Shown here piece by piece: positions 19,500 to 28,432 of a stretch of 64,000 nt of DNA (the stretch's first letter is position 1; the number at the start of each line of letters is the position of its first letter). Position numbers and translations under genes: made by a program. This DNA comes from an uncultured Bacilli bacterium (GTDB lineage: Bacteria > Bacillota > UBA5301), in assembly GCA_964483175.1 (NCBI GenBank), contig CAZAAT010000001.1, positions 7,292-71,291 on the forward strand, read 5' to 3'. Under the pieces are notes generated by a model. The model did no database searches. It saw only the letters and a list, made by a program, of their open reading frames with translations, and was not told where the DNA came from.

Positions 19500-19946
19500 T
19501 TACTCCGCAACTACTTGCAAATCAATTTTAGCAGTAACTTCTGGATGGATCTTTACTTCTACTTGGTAGCCACCCAAGTTTTTTATTGGCTCACTTAATT
19601 CTACTTTACGTCGGTCGATTGTGACCTGGAATGTCTTGGTTATTGCTTCCGCTATGTCTTTGGTAGTGATCGAACCAAAAAGCTTGCCATTTTCCCCAGT
19701 TTTCACCTTGACCACAACCGTCTGCCCGTTAATCTTTTCGGCCACAGCTTGTGCCGCGAGCAGGTCCCGTTTGGCTTGCGCCTTTTGAGCTGCTTTTTTC
19801 TGCTCCAATTCTTTAAGAGCAGCGGTTGAAGCCTCTACCGCCAGGCCACGTGGGAACAAAAAGTTTTGGGCATATCCATCTTTGACTTCCACTGCCGAAC
19901 CGGCCTTGCCAATGCCTTTAACGTCAGCTTTTAAAATAACTTTCAT
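19500..19946 (-). CDS. rplI: 50S ribosomal protein L9
   Basis: [36 protein letters not shown]... The ORF-track start at 19991 adds 15 non-conserved residues. The ATG at 19946 has GGAGG 7 nt upstream. Confidence 0.9.
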   Translation of the reverse strand: MKVILKADVKGIGKAGSAVEVKDGYAQNFLFPRGLAVEASTAALKELEQKKAAQKAQAKRDLLAAQAVAEKINGQTVVVKVKTGENGKLFGSITTKDIAEAITKTFQVTIDRRKVELSEPIKNLGGYQVEVKIHPEVTAKIDLQVVAE

Positions 19947-20868
19947 CGCGTCCCCTCCTAAGTCCACGATAATCCGCGAAATTATCGGCAAACCCTACCC
20001 AAACTAAGAGCCAGGGTGCCAGCAAAAACAGGAAAACTAACAAAACCACTTTGACCACCTTACCGACCGTAAGCTTGGAAATCAGGTGCCACGCCAAAGC
20101 CAAGCCTTCTAAGGCCAACAACAAGAAGCCTATATAATACAGGTTGGTGATAATGACGTTGAGCCACGGCGGGACCGGAGCCAGCAGGGCCAGCATTAGT
20201 CCGAGTGTACCAAAACCTAGCCAGCGCGGAAAGATCCACGCAGCTAGTTTGGGAAGTCGTGCTATTGGGCTACCCAATTTACCAAGAACCATACCACCCA
20301 ACCAGTAGCTGAGACAAGCGATGGTCGCTGAACTCACAACCATCGTCGCCGGAAAAATCAGGCGCACCATCTGGCCAAACTGCTCAGCTGACATCGGCAT
20401 GGCCTCGGTGTTCAGCCCCATATTTTGGTACAGCTCCGTAACCATGGTGAAGCTCTCGGTAATAGATTTCACCATCGTTTCCAAACTGTTAATTCCCGTG
20501 ATCCACAGAGTGATAAAAAACGTAGCTACACTGACAATAGTCATTACCAGTGTGCCCCAAAAAAGCGTGCGGATCGGACCAAAGCCCTGACGCAGCCCCT
20601 CACCTAAGGCTAACCCTAAGGCTCCCATCGATAATACCAACACTACCCCTTGCACCAAGTGTGAAAATAACCCGGCCAATAGTGCGGCGACAAAAGCCAC
20701 CGGTATCGCAGAGCCAATCCCATGGCGATAAGTAAGCACTAATAAGGGTACCGGTATCGCAACCAATAGGGGTAACGGTAGGTAGAGATATAAGGTGGAT
20801 ATAAGCACCGTAAGGGCAGCAAGCACTGCCCCTTCGGTCAAAGTTTTCGTATCTTTATTCATCCTCAC
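19924..20868 (-). CDS. YybS-family integral membrane protein (DUF2232)
   Basis: 314 aa with about 8 TM helices. Position between rpsR and rplI as yybS in Bacillus. Stop overlaps the rplI start region by 23 nt. Confidence 0.6.
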   Translation of the reverse strand: MRMNKDTKTLTEGAVLAALTVLISTLYLYLPLPLLVAIPVPLLVLTYRHGIGSAIPVAFVAALLAGLFSHLVQGVVLVLSMGALGLALGEGLRQGFGPIRTLFWGTLVMTIVSVATFFITLWITGINSLETMVKSITESFTMVTELYQNMGLNTEAMPMSAEQFGQMVRLIFPATMVVSSATIACLSYWLGGMVLGKLGSPIARLPKLAAWIFPRWLGFGTLGLMLALLAPVPPWLNVIITNLYYIGFLLLALEGLALAWHLISKLTVGKVVKVVLLVFLFLLAPWLLVWVGFADNFADYRGLRRGRDESYFKS

Positions 20869-20881
20869 CGGAAAAACCTTT

Positions 20882-21361
20882 CTACATCAATTTGCCATGC
20901 AGATAATTGGAGAGCGCCGTAAAATCACCATACCACTGTTCAATCTCATGCCCTTTGGAAATATTAGCTCGCACCTTATTATCAACCTTAATATCTAAGC
21001 GAGAAAAAGGAATCCCCATGCGTTTACCCAGTAAAAAGCAGGCGACAACGATATTGGCTAAAGAATCAGTTATCGCTTCCTCGTGGTTTTTTAACATCGC
21101 TTTAAATAATGCAGATATGCCACCAACGAGTTCTGCCTTTAGCCACTCGATAGTCTTGGCGTTCCGGGCAATGTCTACCAGTTCTGAATGGCTTGTCATC
21201 GAAACCCCTCCTTGAGGATGGATGACTATAAGTTCTCCAAGAGAGAAAACATGTCCTTCCGGCGCCAAATGGACAATTAGTGCCATTAAATGCAGGATAT
21301 TCTCGGTTTTGCTTCCGATAAAAAAGGCTGCCCATCTCACACGAGCAGCCTTGCTAATCAA
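20882..21361 (-). CDS. MazG-like nucleotide pyrophosphohydrolase family protein (tentative)
   Basis: Two helix motifs SLGELIV and NHEEAITDSLANIVVACFLLGKRMGI resemble the EExxE/D metal-binding helices of all-alpha NTP-PPases. The start codon is uncertain: there is no good RBS at either the TTG at 21361 or the ATG at 21286. Confidence 0.35.
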   Translation of the reverse strand: MISKAARVRWAAFFIGSKTENILHLMALIVHLAPEGHVFSLGELIVIHPQGGVSMTSHSELVDIARNAKTIEWLKAELVGGISALFKAMLKNHEEAITDSLANIVVACFLLGKRMGIPFSRLDIKVDNKVRANISKGHEIEQWYGDFTALSNYLHGKLM

Positions 21362-21371
21362 GCGACCATGA

Positions 21372-21608
21372 TTATTCTACAGTGTAAGGCAACAGAGCAA
21401 CCTGACGAGCCCGTTTAATCGCGATGGTCATTTGCCGCTGGTGCTTAGCACAGTTGCCGGAGATCCGCCTGGGGAGAATCTTGCCACGCTCGGTCAAATA
21501 CCGACGTAACCGGCTGGCCTCTTTATAGTCGATATGCTCTACTTTATCTGAGCAGAAACTACAAACGCGTTTCCGACGTCTGCGGCCTCCACGTTCAGGA
21601 CGAGCCAT
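21372..21608 (-). CDS. rpsR: 30S ribosomal protein S18
   Basis: 78 aa: ...[61 protein letters not shown]. Confidence 0.9.
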   Translation of the reverse strand: MARPERGGRRRRKRVCSFCSDKVEHIDYKEASRLRRYLTERGKILPRRISGNCAKHQRQMTIAIKRARQVALLPYTVE

Positions 21609-21625
21609 AATCTATTCCTCCAATC

Positions 21626-22024
21626 TTAGAAAGGTAAATCATCTTCGAATGTCTGCCCACCACCGAAATCATCGTTGATGCTAGGCGAGGCAGCACCACT
21701 ATCTTTTGGCCGATCCAAAAATTGTGTCGAATCGGCTACGACCTCATATGCCTTGCGTTTGCTGCCATCCTGGGCCTCGTAGCTTCGAACCTGCAGACGG
21801 CCATCAACAGCAACCAACCTACCTTTAGCAAGGTGGTTAGCTACTAGTTCTGCTTGGCGGCGCCAAACAACAATATCGATGAAATCGACGTCGCGCTCAC
21901 CGCTCTGGGATTTGAAGGGCCGCTCCACTGCCAAAGTGAAATTGGCCACGGGAATACCATTGGGTGTATAGCGCAAGGCTGGGTCAGCAGTTAGCCGACC
22001 GATTAAAACTACTCTGTTGAGCAT
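21626..22024 (-). CDS. ssb: Single-stranded DNA-binding protein
   Basis: OB-fold N-terminus MLNRVVLIGRLTADPALRYTPNGIPVANFTLAV and acidic C-terminal tail ending DDLPF. Confidence 0.9.
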   Translation of the reverse strand: MLNRVVLIGRLTADPALRYTPNGIPVANFTLAVERPFKSQSGERDVDFIDIVVWRRQAELVANHLAKGRLVAVDGRLQVRSYEAQDGSKRKAYEVVADSTQFLDRPKDSGAASPSINDDFGGGQTFEDDLPF

Positions 22025-22047
22025 TACCCTCACTCCTTTGCCGGGGC

Positions 22048-22335
22048 CTACTGCTCATCCGCAACAATTAAGTAGCGCAAGGTCTCATTAGTGATCTTCA
22101 ACACCCGGTTTAACTCCTCGATTGCTGCCGGAGTAGCCGTTGTGTTAAGCACTACATAGTAACCCTCGGTGATGTCATCAATTTCGTAGGCCAAACGCCG
22201 TTTGCCCCATTTGTTGATGTTGGTTATCTCACCGCCAAGGCCGCCTAAGATTTCTCCATAGCGGGCGAGAGCAGCATCGATAGCCTCATCATCCAATTGG
22301 GGTTTAAATACGAGCATGATTTCGTAATTGCGCAC
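22048..22335 (-). CDS. rpsF: 30S ribosomal protein S6
   Basis: 95 aa: MRNYEIMLVFKPQLDDEA... GTG start with strong RBS GGAGGAGGTGG. Confidence 0.9.
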   Translation of the reverse strand: MRNYEIMLVFKPQLDDEAIDAALARYGEILGGLGGEITNINKWGKRRLAYEIDDITEGYYVVLNTTATPAAIEELNRVLKITNETLRYLIVADEQ

Positions 22336-22445
22336 CGAGATCCACCTCCTCCCTCTGGACTATGGCCCCACCACATCGGATGGAGCAGGGATGTAGACTT
22401 TCGTCTACACGTGCTTTACTAGTTTATCACTTGTCTGGGAATTGA
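22336..22445 (-). promoter_or_regulatory. rpsF promoter and structured 5-prime leader (candidate S6:S18 autoregulatory element)
   Basis: Minus-strand TTGCTC-17nt-TGaTAAACT (extended -10) followed by a perfect hairpin GUAGAC-GAAA-GUCUAC and G-rich tract before the RBS. Its position matches the known S6 operon leader in Firmicutes. Not verified against a covariance model. Confidence 0.3.
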
Positions 22446-22452
22446 GCAACCC

Positions 22453-22668
22453 TCAGTTGTCCACATCTTTGGCAACCGAGACTACCTTTTTCAGCCCTTT
22501 TTCGAATTTGGGCCTGGCTAACATCACTAGGCGTCCGCAACCGAGACATTTCAACCGGAAATCCATGCCCACTCGCAAGATCTCCCAGCGATCACTTCCA
22601 CACGGATGGCTTTTTTTCATCTGCACGATATCACCGATCTGATATACGCCAGGCATGGTGGCCCTCAC
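22453..22668 (-). CDS. DUF951 family small protein
   Basis: 71 aa with conserved core IVQMKKSHPCGSDRWEILRVGMDFRLKCLGCGRLVML, as in the DUF951 family found next to the rpsF operon in Firmicutes. Confidence 0.6.
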   Translation of the reverse strand: MRATMPGVYQIGDIVQMKKSHPCGSDRWEILRVGMDFRLKCLGCGRLVMLARPKFEKGLKKVVSVAKDVDN

Positions 22669-22715
22669 CCCTTACTCTTCATTAGTCGGGTCTCAATAGT
22701 CCGCGAAGATGCACT

Positions 22716-23561
22716 TCACTGAGGGAAGGATATTTCGATCCCAGCTGCATCCAACGCCTCTTTGATTTTTTTCTGGAGCATGCGGCTTGCTAACCACTGC
22801 TGCATCGGTTGGGTTTGCCCCCAAACCTTAATATTTACAAACGAGTCAGCCGATTCTTCCATCCCCAAAACAACCGGTTTTTCCACAAACAGTTCTTTGT
22901 GTCCATTGGCAACCTCAGCCACCGCTTGTTGAACTACCGCAATTGCCTGATCCACATCGGCCTCCTGGTTCACCCGAACATCAAGCTGCACCCGCATTTT
23001 CGGACCCATATAGTTGGTGACCTGGTTCACACTGCCATTAGGGATGATGTGTAGCTGACCGCCAAAATCTCTGATCTTGGTAGTCCTAAGACCCATCTCT
23101 TCGACAATTCCGCTCTTACCGGCTATCTGAACATAATCTCCCACATTGTACTGCTCCTCGAAGAGAATGAAGAATCCGGTAATGATATCCTTGACCAGGC
23201 TCTGAGCACCAAAGCCAACGGCCAAGCCGCCGATTCCGGCTGCGGTCAAGAGTGAGGTAACTGAGATGCCGAGCTGCTGCAGGATCGTTACTCCGCCGAT
23301 GAAATAGATGATATATCGGGCGATGCTTTTGACCAAAGTCCCGATGGTTTTAGCTCTGCCTTCGGCAGAAGCAGCAAATCTCTCATTGCCGGTTATTACC
23401 CGGTCAATCGCCACCTCAGCAAATTTTAACAAAACCCGCGTGATAATTAAAACAACAATAATTGAAATGATCCGACCGGAAAATGCCATAAGGTTTTCTG
23501 GCGAAAGAGCATGACCAACATAATCTCCGACATTAGCCATGGTTGTTACAGCCGATTCCAT
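22716..23561 (-). CDS. Small-conductance mechanosensitive channel (MscS family)
   Basis: 281 aa; 3 TM helices followed by MscS beta-domain motif ...GDYVQIAGKSGIVEEMGLRTTKIRDFGGQLHIIPNGSV. Confidence 0.8.
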   Translation of the reverse strand: MESAVTTMANVGDYVGHALSPENLMAFSGRIISIIVVLIITRVLLKFAEVAIDRVITGNERFAASAEGRAKTIGTLVKSIARYIIYFIGGVTILQQLGISVTSLLTAAGIGGLAVGFGAQSLVKDIITGFFILFEEQYNVGDYVQIAGKSGIVEEMGLRTTKIRDFGGQLHIIPNGSVNQVTNYMGPKMRVQLDVRVNQEADVDQAIAVVQQAVAEVANGHKELFVEKPVVLGMEESADSFVNIKVWGQTQPMQQWLASRMLQKKIKEALDAAGIEISFPQ

Positions 23562-23574
23562 TCGCTATCCCCCA

Positions 23575-24441
23575 TTATTCTCCTATTACTTTCAGAGCTA
23601 ATTCAGGTTTGCCCATCGGAAAGATGTGTGCTCCCGCCGCCCGCGTACGAAGATACGCAAGTATTTCCCGGGCAATAAGCACGCCCTCTTCAGAATTACC
23701 TGATTTCACCCGCTCGAGCACCTCGGCAGGAATATTAATTCCTGGCACCTTTTCTGCCAGGTATTTAGCTGAACGAAAATTCTTCAAGGGGAGAATACCA
23801 TAGAGAATCGGCAACTGCAAGTGGGCAGTAGCTGCTTGAAAACGCTCGAACTGCTCCGGAGAAAAGATTGGCTGAGTCTGTACAAATCCGGCCCCGGCCT
23901 TGGCTTTTCTTTCTAGTCTGGCTACTTCTGCTGCCAAGTCAGGAGCGGTCGGATTAGCTACCGTTCCAATGAAAAAATCAGTCGGCGCAGCCAATTCCTT
24001 CTGTGAGAGGGCAACACCCCGGTTTAAGGAGTCGGCCATGGCAATAAGACCAACCGAATCGACATCGAAGACACCGGTAGCTGAGGGATGGTCGCCATTT
24101 TCGGGAGGATCGCCTGTTAAAGCGAGGATATTCTGCACCCCCAAAGCCGCGGCACCAAGTAGCTCTGCCTGCAACCCCAGCAAATTACGATCCCGGCAGG
24201 TTAAGTGAAAAATGACCTCCAGACCCCATTTTTCTTGAATTAGATAGGCTAAGGCAATCGGACTCATCCGTAAGGTAGCCATCGGACTATCAGCAATATT
24301 TACCGCTGCAAACCGCTCAGTTAATGGGCCAATCTCTGCAAGTGTCTGACTCGGATCGGAGCCGGCTGGGGGCTCCATCTCCACCGTCAGGACAAACTCC
24401 CCCTTGGCTAACCGCTCCCGTAGCGATAATTGCGTCTTCAC
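23575..24441 (-). CDS. metF: 5,10-methylenetetrahydrofolate reductase
   Basis: 288 aa MetF fold with FAD-binding/TIM barrel motifs (...FHLTCRD..., ...LALTGD...). Overlaps the metH stop by 4 nt. Confidence 0.85.
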   Translation of the reverse strand: MKTQLSLRERLAKGEFVLTVEMEPPAGSDPSQTLAEIGPLTERFAAVNIADSPMATLRMSPIALAYLIQEKWGLEVIFHLTCRDRNLLGLQAELLGAAALGVQNILALTGDPPENGDHPSATGVFDVDSVGLIAMADSLNRGVALSQKELAAPTDFFIGTVANPTAPDLAAEVARLERKAKAGAGFVQTQPIFSPEQFERFQAATAHLQLPILYGILPLKNFRSAKYLAEKVPGINIPAEVLERVKSGNSEEGVLIAREILAYLRTRAAGAHIFPMGKPELALKVIGE

Positions 24442-26873
24442 TTCCCCATCCCCCTTACCTGTTTTAACAGGCGCTTCGCCTCCTGAACACCGGCTACAGC
24501 ATCCTTACCATAACCCGCTGCCCCGATCTCTTTGGCGTAATCTGCCGTTACTACTGCTCCGCCAACTAAAACAGGTAGTTGTGGAGCTGCTTCCCGTAGC
24601 CTCTGCACGGTTTTGGCCATCGCCGGTAGGGTCGTGGTCATCAAAGCACTCAATAAGACAAGGTCAACCTGTTCAGCCACGGCCACACGAACAATTTCCT
24701 CTACCGGTACATCCTTACCCAAATCCAGCATGCTAAAGCCGTGATTCTCCAAGATCACCTTGACGATGTTCTTGCCGATATCATGGATATCTCCTTCGAC
24801 GGTAGCGATAAGCGCCCGGCCAGCCACAACCCGATCATCCAGCGGAAAGCGGTCCTTAATTATGGCAAAAGCTTTTTGGGCGGCCTCTGCTGACAGCAAG
24901 AGGTTGGGTAAAAAATACTCGCCCTGTTCATACTTGGCTCCCACTACTTCCAGGGCCGGCGTTAAGATCTCGGTTACCAGCTTCAGCGGATCCATTCCCG
25001 CTGATAATAGTCTTTCGACCACCGGAGCTACCCCCTCACGATCCCCCGAAACCACTTGCTTTGCTAACAGCTGGTGGTCATTGTTGGACCGTGTCTCTCT
25101 CTGCGGGGCTTTGTTCTGGGCTTCTTTGCCGCCGAAAACAGAGAGATATCTGGTAGCGCCCTGATCACGCCCTGCCAGTAAGTTTGCTGCAACAATAGTA
25201 TCTCTGGTTGAATCGATTAAGGGGTTTATTATGGCAGCATCAAGGCCGCTGCTGATAGCCATGGCTAAAAAAGCATCATTTAGCGGAATCCGATTGGGTA
25301 GACCATGAGAGATGTTGCTAATGCCGAGGACACAACAGACCCCGAGTTCTTGCTTAATTAGTTGAATTGCTTTGAGCGTCTCCCGGGCGGACTGCTGATC
25401 CACTCCGACCGTCATGGTTAAACAATCGATCATGATCTCACTGGGGTCGAGTCCATAACTCTGCGCGGTCCGGACAATCAGCTCCGCGGCAGCAAGTCGT
25501 TCTCTAGCCGACTGAGGGATGCCTTGCTCAGTAATCGTCAACCCAATAACAGCCGCACCATATTTTTTAGCAATCGGCAAGAGCTGAGCAAGACTTTCCT
25601 TTTTGGCCGTAACCGAATTCAGCAAAGCCTTGCCTTGATAAATGGAAACTCCGGCCCGTAAGACCTCCGGAGTAGCGCTATCGAGTACCAGAGGCAAACC
25701 GGTAACTCGTTCGACCGCCGGAACCGCTTGTCTAATTGCCGCAACCTGATCAATACCGGCGACGCCAACATTAAGATCTAATAGTTCGGCCCCGATTTCT
25801 GCCTGCTGCCGGGCCTCCCGAGATACCTCAATCATGGCCCCGCTTGCAATATCAGCGGCTAACTGTTTTCGTCCGGTTGGATTAAGGCGCTCCCCGATTA
25901 TGCGCACCGGTTGATTGGCCCCAATGGCAACATGCTCAGTACGTGAGGCCAAATAGAGCACACCTTGTGGTCTGGGAGAGGAGACCACCGGGGTACCGCC
26001 AAGGTGAGCGGCGAATCTAAGATGATCCGGAGTTGTGCCACAACATCCACCAACAATTGCTGCCCCGCTCGATTGGAGTCGTTCCAGTCCGGCTACGAAC
26101 TCTTCCGGATTAGCTGGAAAAACGGTGCGTCCCCCTTCTAGTCTCGGCAGGCCAGCATTCGGCTCGGCGAGGATCGGGGATAGACCCAGTGCAGCCATTC
26201 GCTCGATGATCGGTACCAGTTCTTGCGGACCGAGAGAGCAGTTGGCGCCTACCACACTCGCTCCAGCCGCGCTCAAGGAAATGACCGCAGCCTCCGGAGT
26301 TGCTCCGGTTAGCGTGCGCCCCGAAGCCTCAAAGTTCATACTGCACCAAACCAGCACCCCAAGCTCTTTAGCTGCCAGAATAGCCTGGCGTGCCTCGGCT
26401 AAATCGCTCATGGTCTGGATGTAAATCAGATCTGCACCGGCTTCGACCAAAGACCTTGCCTGCCGGAGAAACGCGGTATAGGCGGTCTGTAGCGGGAGGG
26501 ATCCATATGGTTCTAGTAGCTCCCCAAGTGGGCCGATAACACCAGCGACCCCGGCCGTGCCATCTCGTCCGGCTTGAACAATCGCTTGCCGCGCTAATTT
26601 AACCCCGTGCCAATTGAATGTCTCAACCTCTTCAGCCAGCCCAAACTGGGCTAATTTGAATTGGTTAGCACCAAAGGTGTTGGTCTCAATGATTTGTGCC
26701 CCTGCCTGGAGGTAGGATTGGTGCACCGACTGGACCAGATCGGGCCGGCTAACATTCCACGCTTCGGGACACTCCTTCACCGACAAGCCGAGGGCCTGTA
26801 AAGTCGTACCCATAGCCCCATCCAGAAGGATCAATCCCCGGCCAAGCTGCGCCGTTAGCGAAGAAGCGTTCAC
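24438..26873 (-). CDS. metH: Cobalamin-dependent methionine synthase (homocysteine-binding, pterin-binding, B12-cap and B12-binding modules; no activation domain)
   Basis: 811 aa; Hcy domain (GGCCGTTPDH), pterin-binding domain, and C-terminal B12-binding DxHxxG (GDIHDIGKNIV) with Rossmann segment. Ends after the cobalamin domain. Confidence 0.9.
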   Translation of the reverse strand: MNASSLTAQLGRGLILLDGAMGTTLQALGLSVKECPEAWNVSRPDLVQSVHQSYLQAGAQIIETNTFGANQFKLAQFGLAEEVETFNWHGVKLARQAIVQAGRDGTAGVAGVIGPLGELLEPYGSLPLQTAYTAFLRQARSLVEAGADLIYIQTMSDLAEARQAILAAKELGVLVWCSMNFEASGRTLTGATPEAAVISLSAAGASVVGANCSLGPQELVPIIERMAALGLSPILAEPNAGLPRLEGGRTVFPANPEEFVAGLERLQSSGAAIVGGCCGTTPDHLRFAAHLGGTPVVSSPRPQGVLYLASRTEHVAIGANQPVRIIGERLNPTGRKQLAADIASGAMIEVSREARQQAEIGAELLDLNVGVAGIDQVAAIRQAVPAVERVTGLPLVLDSATPEVLRAGVSIYQGKALLNSVTAKKESLAQLLPIAKKYGAAVIGLTITEQGIPQSARERLAAAELIVRTAQSYGLDPSEIMIDCLTMTVGVDQQSARETLKAIQLIKQELGVCCVLGISNISHGLPNRIPLNDAFLAMAISSGLDAAIINPLIDSTRDTIVAANLLAGRDQGATRYLSVFGGKEAQNKAPQRETRSNNDHQLLAKQVVSGDREGVAPVVERLLSAGMDPLKLVTEILTPALEVVGAKYEQGEYFLPNLLLSAEAAQKAFAIIKDRFPLDDRVVAGRALIATVEGDIHDIGKNIVKVILENHGFSMLDLGKDVPVEEIVRVAVAEQVDLVLLSALMTTTLPAMAKTVQRLREAAPQLPVLVGGAVVTADYAKEIGAAGYGKDAVAGVQEAKRLLKQVRGMGK

Positions 26874-26902
26874 AAATACCCCCCCATTGTCATGACTTGA
26901 AG

Positions 26903-27592
26903 CTAGTCACGAAATTGGCAGTCTTCTAACGAACATCGGCTGCACTCGCTTTTTCCCTGTTGCTTTAGGTCGTTAGTTCCAATCCCGATTAACGCAGTAA
27001 TCGATTTGCGCGGAACTAACAGCCCGGATTTATTTAGGCTAATCCCAACCCGATCTCCCTGGGTTAATGGGAATAGGCTGTGTTGTGCTTCTAGTGGCCA
27101 ATCATTGTACCCGGGACTGATGCGATCACCAGCGATTAATCCGATCTGCCCAGCTCGTTGGCGCACTGTTTGATTGACCCTCTCCGCTAAGGATTCGACT
27201 GCCACCGACCCCGCGGCGTCTAATACAGCGCCCTTAGTGTATTCGCCCCGCTCGAAAAGGGAATTTACCTCATCCTCAAGTTTGGAGCCAATAGTTACAG
27301 CAAAAAGATATGCCCGACTGATTCGGCCAAGACGCCGAATAGTTCGGGCCCCGGATATTTGCAGGCTGTCGCCGATTCTGATCTCCTGTTCAGAGATTAC
27401 CGCAGGATAGTCAAGGCCGATCCCCGCTGGTCTGACGAGCTCAAAGGCGAACTCACACATTTGCCGGCAAACTGCCATTGCTTCGGGGGTCGGGGGGCTT
27501 TTCTGAGCGCGATGACCCAGGTACCGTAAGACCTCGGAGAGTTCGATCCGAACCTCAAGATCTGTCCACTGCCCGTCTAACCCGATGCGCAT
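26903..27592 (-). CDS. Stand-alone methionine synthase activation-domain protein (Met_synt_B12 / AdoMet-binding reactivation module)
   Basis: 229 aa; motifs ...YLFAVTIGSKLED..., ...RISPGYNDWPLEAQHSLFPL... characteristic of the MetH C-terminal reactivation domain. ATG has GGAGG 8 nt upstream. Immediately upstream of metH, as in Clostridia/Thermotoga split MetH. Confidence 0.75.
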   Translation of the reverse strand: MRIGLDGQWTDLEVRIELSEVLRYLGHRAQKSPPTPEAMAVCRQMCEFAFELVRPAGIGLDYPAVISEQEIRIGDSLQISGARTIRRLGRISRAYLFAVTIGSKLEDEVNSLFERGEYTKGAVLDAAGSVAVESLAERVNQTVRQRAGQIGLIAGDRISPGYNDWPLEAQHSLFPLTQGDRVGISLNKSGLLVPRKSITALIGIGTNDLKQQGKSECSRCSLEDCQFRD

Positions 27593-28391
27593 TCCAATCC
27601 TCCGAACTGTATTTGCTCAGTACCAAATCATTCGCCAAGCGGCGTTCTGAGGACGACAATTTTGAACTAATCAAGGAGATCTCAAAGGTATGTTCCCAAC
27701 CGAAAGATAAAGCATCTACCACCTCATCGAAACATACATTGCGCCCTAAAGTGGTATGTAAATCTGCTACTGAGGCTTGCAAGGTTTCGGCGAGCTCAGG
27801 GTGTTGTTGGCCAGATAGTAGATAGACAAGGCGAGCCGCATCAAAGCGGAGCAATATCGAACCGTGCTGGAGGATTACCCCATGTTGGCGAAGCTGCGCG
27901 CTACCGACGAGTTTGCGGCCAGCCACTACAATCTCGTAGGAACTGGTGGCATCAAAGCAAGCTGCCGAGGCAGGTGTAGATTTTTTGCGCCGACCGGGAA
28001 CCATCTCAGCCGGGACACCCAGATCCCTTAGTCCCTGCAGAATACCCTGGCTTAAAACCCGATAGGAATCGGTCACCCCACCAGAAGATAGCAAGCGATG
28101 ATTCTCCGGCAGAATCAGCGCATAGGTGACCTCATGGTCATGTAAAACCGCACGCCCACCGGTTGGCCGTCGCACGCAGTCCACCCCGAGCTCACGGCAG
28201 GCCTCCAAACTTACCGAACGGCCTCGGTCCTGGAAATGGCCCAGGCTGATACAAGGGGGGGACCACCCGTAAAACCGGATGATCGGCAGGCTATGACCAG
28301 TTGCCACCTGGTTAAGCAGCATCTCGTCGATGGCCATATTTTCCGCCCCCGTACGGAAACCGGTGTTGAGCAACCTCCACTCATTACTCAT
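27555..28391 (-). CDS. Lipoate/octanoate-protein ligase, LplA/LipM family (catalytic BPL/LPL domain only, ~278 aa)
   Basis: WRLLNTGFRTGAENMAIDEMLL...RFYGWSPPCISLGHFQ...RRPTGGRAVLHDHEVTYALIL...RKLVGSAQ (catalytic Lys in K-x-x-GSAQ). The ATG at 28391 has GGTGGAG upstream. Length equals Bacillus LipM-type octanoyltransferases and lacks the LplA C-terminal accessory domain. Confidence 0.75.
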   Translation of the reverse strand: MSNEWRLLNTGFRTGAENMAIDEMLLNQVATGHSLPIIRFYGWSPPCISLGHFQDRGRSVSLEACRELGVDCVRRPTGGRAVLHDHEVTYALILPENHRLLSSGGVTDSYRVLSQGILQGLRDLGVPAEMVPGRRKKSTPASAACFDATSSYEIVVAGRKLVGSAQLRQHGVILQHGSILLRFDAARLVYLLSGQQHPELAETLQASVADLHTTLGRNVCFDEVVDALSFGWEHTFEISLISSKLSSSERRLANDLVLSKYSSEDWNAHRVRRAVDRS

Positions 28392-28432
28392 TTTTAACTC
28401 CACCAACCTTGCCAGTTATACCCAATTATACA

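Noticed and set aside
19947-19991. N-terminal 15-aa extension of rplI ([15 protein letters not shown]) in the ORF track
   Set aside because: L9 universally starts MKVIL. GGAGG sits 7 nt before the internal ATG at 19946. The extension would lie inside the yybS coding region.
24438-27592. SAM (S-box) riboswitch upstream of metH/metF
   Set aside because: The intergenic gaps are 0-29 nt and no S-box-like conserved blocks were seen. Regulation appears to come from the gcvT leader, though a covariance search is still advisable.
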